Shown here piece by piece: positions 14,678 through 27,816 of a stretch of 64,000 bases of DNA (the first letter of the stretch is position 1; each line of letters starts with the position of its first letter). The translations under genes were made by a program, and so were the position numbers. A model generated the notes under the pieces. The model made no database searches. It was given only the letters and a program-made list of their open reading frames with translations, and had not been told where the DNA came from. The stretch lies in the NCBI RefSeq assembly GCF_009914755.1, contig NC_060931.1. The stretch is one strand, 5' to 3'. Source of the stretch: the human T2T-CHM13v2.0 reference genome, Homo sapiens.

Positions 14678-15083
14678 GTTCTTTTCAATGTAACAGTTAC
14701 AATGAAAAAATGTGATGTCACAGGAGGAAAAAACTATGCAATAATCAAACCTATTGGTTTTAATGAAACCGCTAAAATTCATATACACAGAAACTGCAGC
14801 TGTCAGTGTGAGGACAACAGAGGACCTAAAGGAAAGTGTGTAGATGAAACTTTTCTAGATTCCAAGTGTTTCCAGTGTGATGAGAATAAATGTCATTTTG
14901 ATGAAGATCAGTTTTCTTCTGAGAGTTGCAAGTCACACAAGGATCAGCCTGTTTGCAGTGGTCGAGGAGTTTGTGTTTGTGGGAAATGTTCATGTCACAA
15001 AATTAAGCTTGGAAAAGTGTATGGAAAATACTGTGAAAAGGATGACTTTTCTTGTCCATATCACCATGGAAATCTGTGTGCTG
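14678..15083 (+). CDS. ITGB8: Integrin beta-8 exon 10 (hybrid end, I-EGF repeats), 406 nt
   Basis: atttag|GTT...GCT G|gtgagt; VLFNVTVTMKKC...IKPIGFNE...CSGRGVCVCGKCSC...GKYCEKDDFSCPYHHGNLCA; phase 0/1. Confidence 0.98.
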
Positions 15084-16659
15084 GTGAGTATAAATATATA
15101 CAGGCAGCTTTTACTTGTCACTATTACACCAGCATAGATGTTAAAGTGTCTTTAAATCACATGTTTATAAATTAGCAAAACTGAATCTGAATTTGTTATT
15201 CAAAGTTTCAAAGTCCATGAAATTAGGGCATGGCAACAGATTTATAGTACGTGATTTTGATATTTATATCTTAACCTATTTTATACAGGAAATGCTTCAA
15301 AATAAAAACCTAAAATTAATTGTTATTCTCATGCTTTCCTTGATCTTGGAAAGAAATATACCAGAAAAGGAAATGCTGATGATATCTGACACATTTTCCA
15401 GAAGAATCAGAGTATTCTTCTAGAAGGATCTGATTCATTCTGGTAAATGGTCACTCCCTCCAACTTGCTCAGAGGATTTTATTTCTGTCAGGATGATGGG
15501 GAGTGAGCTATAAGAGTATACTTTTCATTCATATGAAAATCCTTAATGCATTATTATAAATGGTATTCTAAGCTGGCAGTAATTTAAGCCTCTCCAGTTT
15601 ATTTTGGGCCACCACCAGCAACAAAACTGCCAAAGGACAGCATTCTTCAAGAAAATACTGCCTTACTAAGTAATCTAAAAGATTCGTCCTTGAGGCCACA
15701 CACAGACCAAATTTTAAACATGAAATAAATTAAAATAAAAATACGAAGATCACTCTTGGGCCATTCAATTTACTGCCACCTACAGGTTAGATTCCACAAA
15801 ATCTAATCAACATTAGCAAACTAAAACAAAATACTGTTTTTAAATGAATTAAATAAACTACCTGTCATCTGAGTTCTGTGATAATTTTCCTGTGACAATG
15901 TGCTAAATTTACTCATTGAGAAAAACATCTTTTTAGTATTTGCATTTTAGTAAATAAATATTTGTTAAATTATTGACGAATGGAAACGTCATCATAAGCA
16001 TATGGGACGTAACAAACCTATAAAAAATAAATGCTATAATGTAGTCTCAGCTGAAAATTTGGCCTGTATCACCTAAATGTGCAATGGAAAATTGTCTTTT
16101 TATTCTGTAACATACATAGAATATCTTAACATACAAACATTTATTCAACTGTAACTGACATCATGGGTAGGATGGATTATAGATGACTTTAGAATGAACC
16201 AGCAGTTGTCTACTGTATTTTATAGGGAGGAAAAATATTATTTTACAGTGAAGAGAAAGAATTTTCTGAAGTCACGTCCCACAGCTGTCAATCTCTCAAG
16301 AGGGTTTCAAATACATTTGAGTATTTGTCCCAGTCTCTGTTTGCAGTGAAATATTGAATGTACTAGCTTTTCTATATGAGTATGATACTACTGACCCACA
16401 AGCAGTTGAGAATCTGCTTTGAATTGTTTCTGTGTAAGTGCAGACTGTAACTGACATGTACTTTCTCCACTAGTCTCCTTTGGGAATAAAAACACATGTT
16501 CACAGGCCTGCTGGCGGGGAGTCAGCATAAGCCTGCACAGCACAGAGGGCTTGGCCGATATTTGTCTGGCCTGGACCTCATTAGTTTTACACTTAGCAAA
16601 TTGAGCTGGTCCTACAGTAGAATCTGTGGGACAATTACCCTGTGAGGTGCTCAGCAATA

Positions 16660-16766
16660 AAAGAAGAGAGAGAGGGAGCTAAGAAAGGAAAGGAAGGGAG
16701 AGAGATAGAAGGAAGGAAGGGAGGGAAGGAAGGAGGAAGGAAGGGAGAGAGGGAGAAAAGAGGAAG
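16660..16766. repeat. Purine-rich (GGAA/GGGA)n tract
   Basis: About 100 nt almost entirely A and G. Confidence 0.85.
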
Positions 16767-17586
16767 GTTGGTTTGTGGCTAGATAAGCTTCAGAATTCCT
16801 ATATCATCATGTGAAATGTACCCCCTTTTGACGATTTCTAGTGCACATTGGCATATTAAGTTTTGGACACTTTTACTGTCTAAAATCCATTTAACTATGT
16901 GTAACTATGTTTTCTTCACCCCACATGCATAATGTTCCCCCACCACACACACCATCTTTCTTTCTCTTTTTCATTTACCATCTAAGAACTGCTCACAGTA
17001 TAGAGGAGGATCTGCTCTGCTAACTTACTAAATAGTGCACTGAGGATGTGAATGCAATTGTTCAACTTCTCAAGAGACCTGATCTTTAAACATGGCACTA
17101 GCAGTACTGAAGCACTAGAAAAGTTTGCCTCACAGTCCTGCAAAGTTATCCTAGGCCTTCAGCAACATCAGAAGACTGAGAGAATAGGTGATGGAAGCCA
17201 TATCAAATACCTGTATCTTTTCTAATTTCAAGTCAGGCAGTTAACATTACTTTGGCCTTTGCAGTTTCTTGATATGTGTGTTTTTAATGTAAAACGGAAT
17301 ATGCAATGACATTCAAGTAGTCTGGCAGCCACTGAAGCAGGGGTGCCCTTCGTGCTTGTTAGCGGAGTGCATTAGCATGGGGAGATTATCTACAGTAGAA
17401 CAGCTTTGAAAACAGACCCTCCTAAATCCAGCACTGTTTGTGTCAGACCAATGAAAAAGTGATGCTGTTCCCATTCATTGGACTGTCAGTGCGTTTCCAT
17501 GGAGATGATACAGGAATCCATGGTTGAAAACTCTTTACAAAGTCAGTGATCCAGATAACATAGGTCCTGCGGTGTCTTCCTCACAG

Positions 17587-17812
17587 GGCATGGAGAGTGT
17601 GAAGCAGGCAGATGCCAATGCTTCAGTGGCTGGGAAGGTGATCGATGCCAGTGCCCTTCAGCAGCAGCCCAGCACTGTGTCAATTCAAAGGGCCAAGTGT
17701 GCAGTGGAAGAGGCACGTGTGTGTGTGGAAGGTGTGAGTGCACCGATCCCAGGAGCATCGGCCGCTTCTGTGAACACTGCCCCACCTGTTATACAGCCTG
17801 CAAGGAAAACTG
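17587..17812 (+). CDS. ITGB8: Integrin beta-8 exon 11 (I-EGF3/4), 226 nt
   Basis: tcacag|GG CAT...AAC TG|gtatga; GHGECEAGRCQCFSGWEGDRCQC...CSGRGTCVCGRCECTDPRSIGRFCEHCPTCYTACKEN(W); phase 1/2. Confidence 0.98.
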
Positions 17813-18049
17813 GTATGATTTCTTTGACTCCAAACATACACAAAGAATAGCTACTTTTGTCCTTTTTTGTTCTGACTTCCTTAATCTTAAACGTTGCCAG
17901 ATACATTGTGACCACCATGCTAAAAAAGAATTAAATGAGAAATGCTATGAATTAGAAGACTTGAATTCAAATCTTTGACCCCTGGATAGCTGTGGAAGCA
18001 TCAGAGTATATCTGGACACTCACTACCTTAGCTTTTTTTGAAATTAGAG

Positions 18050-18260
18050 GTTGCCTGCTACCCAGCTTACTATTTAGTAAGCGTGTGATCTCGGACAAGT
18101 TGTTATAATTTTCTGTGCCTCAGTTTCCTGATATCAAAAGTGAGGATAGTAATAATACCTTGCTGTATATCTGTGAAAGTATCAAATGATTCATATAAAA
18201 AAACTCACCTTTGTACTTGATGCATGGCAATCATAGAATAAATGTTAGCTGTTACTGCTA
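18050..18260 (+). mobile_element. MIR SINE
   Basis: tgtgatctcggacaagttg...ctgtgcctcagtttcctg...gatagtaataatacc. Confidence 0.75.
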
Positions 18261-18287
18261 TGTTTTATATTTAATATATATATATAT

Positions 18288-18625
<338 letters not shown>

Positions 18626-19020
18626 CTAGAAATAAGTGATATATAAATGAAAGGTTATATATTAAATGAAGGTGACATTACTGTTTTGTGCCAATAAATT
18701 TTTCAGTAACAATTTGAGATCTGCACAAAGACTTCTAATCTAAACACTGTAACTTCCAGTTTGTTTTATTCAACATTTTAAACCATTGACTTTCTCAGAT
18801 TAGTAGCTCAAGTAAGTTTTTTAGAATTATGCATGGTAATTTATTTAAATCATTTGGAAATGCAATCCTTCGATGTAATGATGGAGTTAGTTCTAATGAA
18901 CATAATCAAAATTTGAATTGTTTCTGCATTGTTATTTTGTCTTTTTTTTTCTTGCAGAAAATATTATAGTCCACCACCTTTTTAAAGAATAAATATTTTC
19001 ACTTCTGTTTCCCCTTGCAG

Positions 19021-19130
19021 GAATTGTATGCAATGCCTTCACCCTCACAATTTGTCTCAGGCTATACTTGATCAGTGCAAAACCTCATGTGCTCTCATGG
19101 AACAACAGCATTATGTCGACCAAACTTCAG
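19021..19130 (+). CDS. ITGB8: Integrin beta-8 exon 12 (short beta-tail), 110 nt
   Basis: cccttgcag|G AAT...TCA G|gtaggc; NCMQCLHPHNLSQAILDQCKTSCALMEQQHYVDQTS; phase 2/1 fits exons 11 and 13. Confidence 0.96.
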
Positions 19131-19145
19131 GTAGGCCAAAGCTTA

Positions 19146-19546
<401 letters not shown>

Positions 19547-19629
19547 TTATGAAACATTGCTTTATTCTTTATAACAATAATAAATGTGTGTTTTTGTGTC
19601 ATCTTCTACCTTAGATACTTCCTTCATGT

Positions 19630-19800
19630 TCACTGGCTCACTTAATGTCATACAACTCTTTGAGATTGGTATAATCTCCATGTTATAGATGGGGAAACTG
19701 AGGCTCAGGGAAATTTTGTATGAGGGCTGCTGTCTCTTAACTAGTAATGTTAAGATACATGTCTTAGATCAAGATCTTCAAACTAAAAGTTCCATACACT
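19630..19800 (-). mobile_element. MIR SINE
   Basis: tatagatggggaaactgaggctcaggg, the reverse MIR core. Confidence 0.7.
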
Positions 19801-22572
19801 TTTCATTATGTCACATTTATAATCATTCATCCTTAAGCTATATTTTTATCAAAATGAAAAGTACTAGGAAGGAATGGCCCTTTTGAAGTTACATATTTTG
19901 TAAAAGCAGATCATCATTACTTAGGATTTTTTTGGCTTCACCTGAAACATGAAAGCAAATATTGATTAGACATGAGGAAGTTCAGAACTAGAAGCAAGTT
20001 TGGATTATGAAGGAAAATTATGGCTCCACAGATTTTATCTGTTACTGAAATGAGTTTACATGGGGAACTCATATTTCTGGTTCACTGAGGCCTTGACAGC
20101 CAATTTATTTGGATGCCTTTCCATGGAAGTACGTTGCATGGGAATTCAGCTGTGTAGATGAGAGGGGAAAACTAACCACTCAGCCACACCATAGCAAGCA
20201 TACTCATCTCTGGGAGATTTAAAAAACTGAATCGCAAACTCATTATATTGTATACATTAATATGTGCAGTTTTTGTATATCAATGATACTTAATAAAGCT
20301 GTTTAAAAAAAAAAAACAACAAAAGCAAAACAAAACAAAAGTTATTTAGAACCCAGAACCTTACTTTGCACAGGGGTAAGGTGTGGAACTCCACGGGCAT
20401 TAGAAACTAACCTTGAAATTATATCTTTATTAAACATTCCCATTGCAACTATTATTTCAAGTCTCTCCCACCTGTAAGAAAAATCCCAGCTCTTAGAGAG
20501 ACTGCACAAAAGAGTAAACTTTCTCCAGAGTTTTGTTTCCTTTTTCCCTCACATCCACACTGATCTTACCCCATAATGAACTTGGCTCTGAAAAAAGCCC
20601 CATGTGCTGCCAGCTGGAGCTGCGGCAATCACTCCAGAAAGCCAAGTGCCTTTCTAATAAATAGGGCCTTACTATCAACATGTCATTTATTATGTTAAGT
20701 AAACACTACTTTGACTTAAGTGTTGTTACAAAAAGTATTCTCTTAAAGCTCCTTAGGAAAAGCCCCGGCCTGACCTAAACTAAGGAAAGCATGGGCTAGG
20801 CATGAATGTTTGACCACTCATAGCATTTAAATATGCATGCAGATTTGAGCTCTGAAAATGCCCTCTGTTCTAACCTATTAGAAATATTTCTAAAATGTGT
20901 CAGTAGCTAGGGGCTGCCCCTCCCTTCACAACTATTGTGCAAGGAGAGGGAAAGGGCATTTGTTAGGCACCTCTATTATCTATCCACTCAGTTGCACTTA
21001 AAGGCTGTTCTTTCAGTCTCTCTGGCTGAGCTCCCACCAGGCGAGAAGCCAGTAAGTGGGATCAAGCCACGTGCCCCCTCTGATGATCTGCCTTAGCTGA
21101 TTGAGTAGTCCTAAATCAACCAGAGGAAATGACAGTCTGTCAGAACAAAAGGCATGTATGTTATGAGCCCGAAGTCACTGTGGAGGCCTCAAAAGACACC
21201 AATTTTGAGCAGAATATTTTGGATTCTCTCTCTGTGAGACCTGTAGCAACAGAGACCTGCACTGGCATTTGGTGTTTCCATTCCAGTTGTAGCACTGGGA
21301 TAGCCTTTGACCTTTCTTTCAAAGTACCTTATCACAAAAAAAAAAAAAAAAAAATAGGCTTAATTAAGTCTTCCCACTTGAGAGGAACCCTTTCCCTTAT
21401 CACTGAGCTTGGCCTTATTCAAAAACATACTTAGTCCTCACTGGAAATTCTGACCCAAATCACCCAGGATTGGTTGGGCGGTCCACTATGCTAAGCCTTG
21501 GCAGGTCACCTCCGTAGTGGCCCTCTCAGGGACACCTTGGAACTTTGGATGAGGTTCCCAAACTCTGGAGAGTAGGGAGGGGAACACATGCCACTTTAGC
21601 CACAAAGTAATTTTATGAATCTGGGGCAGCTGGTGAGTTCCATGGACTACTTGCCTATTGTGCAACCATCTTCCTGTTAGATTAGGGTAATGCCTCTGGC
21701 AACAACAGAGCCTGTAGACTTTCAAGCACCAGATCTTTGGCTGTGAGGGTGTGCCAAAGATCTGGTGCTAAAATGAGATCCAGCATGCCCCTCCTCTTAA
21801 CACAACATTTCTTTTTCCAGCTAGTAATTATTTGTCCTAAGCATTATTTATTCTTAAAATACACAGTGCATGTTTAGAGGCAAATGGAATAGGTGTAGTT
21901 AACAGACTAGTAAAAAGTAAATTAATGAAAATGAAGAATGATATTTTCATGTTGTCCCAAATTGGACACTCCTATTTCCTGGAGAAGCCGTGTATAATAA
22001 GAATGAAAATTTACACTTCAATTTCTGAAGAAATATTTATTCACCTATTGGAGTAGTTTTGATTTTAGCTTCTGCAGATGTTTACTTTATTTTCCATTAC
22101 TGGCATGGAACAAATGAAGACCAAGCATAACAAGAGAAACATATCCTAAGGCCCAGAACTGCTCAATAATTTTTTAAAATCCTCTTTTCCATTTAGTGAT
22201 CAACAGTACGTACCACAAAAACTAGTCCTCTTTCTGTCTTGGATCAAATTATGCTTGGTTATGGGACATGGACATATTCCAGTTAATACAATTAAAGAAT
22301 CAAGCTGCAATGGAATAATGTGATTGAATACCTTAATCATGGCTATTTCCCAAAGGAGGGTTTTCTATTGAAAATATTTTCATAGTAAACGCGCAAGAAA
22401 AATTAGAGAGCTTTTTGTTTTGAATCAAAGGTAATTTCAATCCCGATTTGAAAATGGAGATTTGCAAATATCTTTGGCACTATTAATTGAAGTGTGAACA
22501 TTATTTACTTGATAGACTCTTTGATTTACTTATTCCAATTTTTAATCCATTTATTTGTTTGCTTCATTACAG

Positions 22573-22736
22573 AATGTTTCTCCAGCCCAAGCTACTTGAG
22601 AATATTTTTCATCATTTTCATAGTTACATTCTTGATTGGGTTGCTTAAAGTCCTGATCATTAGACAGGTGATACTACAATGGAATAGTAATAAAATTAAG
22701 TCCTCATCAGATTACAGAGTGTCAGCCTCAAAAAAG
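22573..22736 (+). CDS. ITGB8: Integrin beta-8 exon 13 (TM helix and proximal tail), 164 nt
   Basis: ttacag|AA TGT...AAG|gtcagt; CFSSPSYLRIFFIIFIVTFLIGLLKVLIIRQVILQWNSNKIKSSSDYRVSASKK; phase 1/0. Confidence 0.97.
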
Positions 22737-22832
22737 GTCAGTGAATTCTAAAAAAGAACTGCTAACAGTATGTTATTGCCTAGTTACAATATTTAGGCCC
22801 TTAGTTAATAATAATATTTCTTCTCTATTAAG

Positions 22833-22955
22833 GATAAGTTGATTCTGCAAAGTGTTTGCACAAGAGCAGTCACCTACCGACGTGAGAAGCCTGAAGAAAT
22901 AAAAATGGATATCAGCAAATTAAATGCTCATGAAACTTTCAGGTGCAACTTCTAA
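22833..22955 (+). CDS. ITGB8: Integrin beta-8 exon 14 coding part (cytoplasmic tail and stop)
   Basis: ttctctattaag|GAT...TTC TAA; DKLILQSVCTRAVTYRREKPEEIKMDISKLNAHETFRCNF*, the NPxY-less beta-8 tail. Confidence 0.97.
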   Translation, partial: DKLILQSVCTRAVTYRREKPEEIKMDISKLNAHETFRCNF

Positions 22956-24104
22956 AAAAAGATTTTTAAACACTTAATGGGAAACTGGAATTGTTAATAA
23001 TTGCTCCTAAAGATTATAATTTTAAAAGTCACAGGAGGAGACAAATTGCTCACGGTCATGCCAGTTGCTGGTTGTACACTCGAACGAAGACTGACAAGTA
23101 TCCTCATCATGATGTGACTCACATAGCTGCTGACTTTTTCAGAGAAAAATGTGTCTTACTACTGTTTGAGACTAGTGTCGTTGTAGCACTTTACTGTAAT
23201 ATATAACTTATTTAGATCAGCATAGAATGTAGATCCTCTGAAGAGCACTGATTACACTTTACAGGTACCTGTTATCCCTACGCTTCCCAGAGAGAACAAT
23301 GCTGTGAGAGAGTTTAGCATTGTGTCACTACAAGGGTACAGTAATCCCTGCACTGGACATGTGAGGAAAAAAATAATCTGGCAAGTATATTCTAAGGTTG
23401 CCAAACACTTCAACAGTTGGTGGTTGAATAGACAAGAACAGCTAGATGAATAAATGATTCGTGTTTCACTCTTTCAAGAGGTGAACAGATACAACCTTAA
23501 TCTTAAAAGATTATTGCTTTTTAAAGTGTGTAGTTTTATGCATGTGTGTTTATGGTTTGCTTATTTTTGCAAGATGGATACTAATTCCAGCATTCTCTCC
23601 TCTTTGCCTTTATGTTTTGTTTTCTTTTTTACAGGATAAGTTTATGTATGTCACAGATGACTGGATTAATTAAGTGCTAAGTTACTACTGCCATAAAAAA
23701 CTAATAATACAATGTCACTTTATCAGAATACTAGTTTTAAAAGCTGAATGTTAATAGGGGACACTGTAAAGTATCATCAAAACCTGAATAGCTTCATTGT
23801 GCACAAGTGTGGAGTTTTGTATCCTCTTACCTGGTAAACTGAAGGGATTGTTTGGCCATTTCATTTATCTTATCATTAATTCACAAGATAGTTAGAAATT
23901 CTGCCTCAAGCAAAGTACCACATTTTGAATGTTTTCTTAGATTTTGATTGCAAGTAGATATCAGCATTTTTTAAATGAAAAGCTATATTATCTTCTCCCT
24001 TCAAGGCAGCCTAAGGATGTTCTTTCCCAGAATCACTCCAACCCTTCTTGCCAGAATTCATAAAAGTACAAAATTGGAGAATAGATGATATCTTAGAAAT
24101 AAGC

Positions 24105-24410
<306 letters not shown>

Positions 24411-27400
24411 TGCTAATTCTCCTTTTTAGTGAGTTAGGGAACTGAGCCTCAGAAAACTTAAACGATTTCTCAGAAAACACTCAAGTGATAAAGTGGCCAC
24501 ATTGGAAAGGAGTTTTTATCTTCTCATTGTCAGGCCAGTGTTCATTGCACAATATCATGCTACCTCTTGAATCTTTAAAATATTCAATTGGCAAATGTTT
24601 TTCAATGTGATTTACTCATGTCTTAAGTGTATGAGGAAAGTTCAAAGCAAAATAGAAAGGAATAATTCAAACTGAATTGTCCATAATCAGCTTCCAGTCT
24701 TTCATGCTAATCAGCTTCTTAAGAGACTGAAGTATGGCATACCTACAGGGGAATTCCTTCACACCATAGCCTGTATGAACAGTGTTCCCTGGAGTTCTCC
24801 AGTGCTCAGCTTGAGACCTTGATACACGGGCCATGAGCCCTGTCTTCCCCAATGGAAATTTATTTACACTTACCTTATCCCTATGGACTTAGTCTGATTT
24901 TATTGGCTAGGAGTCTAACAGTCCTGTGTGGATATACAGTTTTGCCCATGACAACAAAGGAATCTATCCGAAATATCTTTTTTTTTATAATAAACTTCCA
25001 AGATTTGCTGTCTTCCAGCACTTGAGTTAAAGTACTAGATACTGCATTTTGATGAAGACTAACCCCATCTCATATTCTACCCTAAAGAGAACTGAAAAAC
25101 CTATAATAAGTTGTTCTGGAGCCAATAAACACAGCAGCTCTGTTAGATGTCCTCTACAGCCAAGCAATTTCAATGCTAACTTGAACTGCATTTCCTTCCT
25201 CAAATGAGAGATTGACATAATTCAGTACTGTGAGTCACTTGTATAAGAAACCTTTGATCACTAAAAATAATGTAAAAATTGGGTTTAGTAGCCTAATACA
25301 CATAACGTTCTTCTTAAAAAGGAAAATGGATGGATGCCTGACAACCCTCCAAAAGAAAAAAGTGTAAGATAGCCATTAAGATGATGACAATTTTTGAAAT
25401 GAACATTATGATATTTATGAACAATAAACAAATTTCCGTATGGAATGAATTATCCAAAAAGAGTATAACAAAATGAAATCCTTAAAAATCCAGAGTTTAT
25501 ATTTTTTTTATACCCTCACTTGTTTGCACTAACTTTATAGTGGACCAAGGCTGTTACCATAGGAAGGGACAAACTTCCTTGTAGGCAACTCAGTGTTAGA
25601 CGATGATTGTGGTTATGCTTGCAAAGTCTTGTGCTTATCTTTTTTGTTTTTACTTAAAAAGCTAATTTTTAAAGATTGTAGGGCTTGTATTTTACTTGAA
25701 TAATTGATATCTTCCTGTGTAATGATTTGTGAGATGAGAATTAATATTTGACTAGTTAGAATTAATTAAATGGTAAGGGAACACAGGGTACTCTTAGGTT
25801 AAATAATGTATGCAAATAGAGTCTATTTTCAACTAATATGGCCACAGGAGCCTTTTGAGATTCATTGATATTAAACACAATTAATGAAATTTTAAATTGT
25901 TAACAGAATTGAGAACTTGAACAACACTTTTAGTACTGCAGCATTTTTGTGCCCTAAAGTATGTAATGATTTATAAATGTGCCATACATACACTACAACA
26001 TAACATTTGCTTTGTTATGCATTTTATTTCTCTGGGGACACCATTGCACTGCAGTGCACACATATTTATAAACATTTGTTATATTTTTGGAAACTTGCTA
26101 ATATTTATTAAGTCATAGACTTTTCTGGAGGACTTAAAAATTCACTAAAAATCTGATTATGTCTTAAATGTTCAGTTTATCTTTGGTTTATTAAAATAAA
26201 AAAAAAATCTAAGATTAAACACAGTAGATATCTCTGGAGGCAATTTTCCAAAACTCAACATTAAAATTTGTGGATGCATGAGATGCAATCCTTCAAAGAA
26301 TGAATCTGAAATATATTTTTAATATTTACTTAATATCCACTGAAGATATCTTTATGCAAGACAAGAGTCAGCCATCAGACACTGAAATATATTATGATAG
26401 ATTATGAAGAATTTTCTCTGTAGAATTATATTCTTCCTGGAACCTGGTAGAGTAGATTAGACTCAAAGGCTTTTTCTTCCTTTTCTTACTCCTGTTTTTT
26501 CCACTCACTCTTCCCAAGAGATTTCCTAAAGCTTCAAGCTTAATAAGCCTAATAGTGAAAAATAACTGAATTTAATGGTATAATGAAGTTCTTCATTTCC
26601 AGACATCTTTAATTGATCTTAAAGCTCATTTGAGTCTTTGCCCCTGAACAAAGACAGACCCATTAAAATCTAAGAATTCTAAATTTTCACAACTGTTTGA
26701 GCTTCTTTTCATTTTGAAGGATTTGGAATATATATGTTTTCATAAAAGTATCAAGTGAAATATAGTTACATGGGAGCTCAATCATGTGCAGATTGCATTC
26801 TGTTATGTTGACTCAATATTTAATTTACAACTATCCTTATTTATATTGACCTCAAGAACTCCATTTTATGCAATGCAGACCACTGAGATATAGCTAACAT
26901 TCTTTCAAATAATTTTCCTTTTCTTTTATAATTCCTCTATAGCAAATTTTTATGTATAACTGATTATACATATCCATATTTATATTTCATTGATTCCAAG
27001 ACATCACTTTTTCAATTTAACATCTCTGAAATTGTGACATTTCTTGCAACTGTTGGCACTTCAGATGCAGTGTTTAAAATTATGCTTGAATAAATATTAC
27101 ACTAATCCAACTTTACCTAAACGTTTATGCATCTAGGCAAATTTTGTTTTCTTATAAAGATTTGAGAGCCCATTTATGACAAAATATGAAGGCGAAATTT
27201 AAGGACAATTGAGTCACGCACAACTCAACATGGAGCCTAACTGATTATCAGCTCAGATCCCGCATATCTTGAGTTTACAAAAGCTCTTTCAGGTCCCCAT
27301 TTATACTTTACGTGAGTGCGAATGATTTCAGCAAACCCTAACTTAACTAACAAGAATGGGTAGGTATGTCTACGTTTCATTAACAAATTTTTATTATTTT

Positions 27401-27816
27401 TATTCTATTATATGAGATCCTTTTATATTATCATCTCACTTTTAAACAAAATTAACTGGAAAAATATTACATGGAACTGTCATAGTTAGGTTTTGCAGCA
27501 TCTTACATGTCTTGTATCAATGGCAGGAGAAAAATATGATAAAAACAATCAGTGCTGTGAAAAACAACTTTCTTCTAGAGTCCTCTTACTTTTTATTCTT
27601 CTTTATCATTTGTGGGTTTTTCCCCCTTGGCTCTGATCACTTTAACTTCAAGCTTATGTAACGACTGTTATAAAACTGCATATTTAAATTATTTGAATTA
27701 TATGAAATAATTGTTCAGCTATCTGGGCAGCTGTTAATGTAAACCTGAGAGTAATAACACTACTCTTTTATCTACCTGGAATACTTTTCTGCATAAAATT
27801 TATCTTTGTAAGCTAA

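Noticed and set aside
14877-15137. Alternative-frame ORFs overlapping exon 10 (also 17524-17850, 17543-17785 and 17685-17918 over exon 11)
   Set aside because: Shadow frames of Cys-rich coding exons; no independent start or splice context
17813-17978. Exon 11 read-through ORF (WYDFFDSKH...) with ATTAAA near 17930
   Set aside because: The hexamer lies upstream of the stop codon, so use would give a non-stop mRNA; no other support
22573-22955. Beta-integrin tail lacking NPxY motifs, and a very short beta-tail domain
   Set aside because: Unusual among integrins but a well-known property of beta-8; not novel
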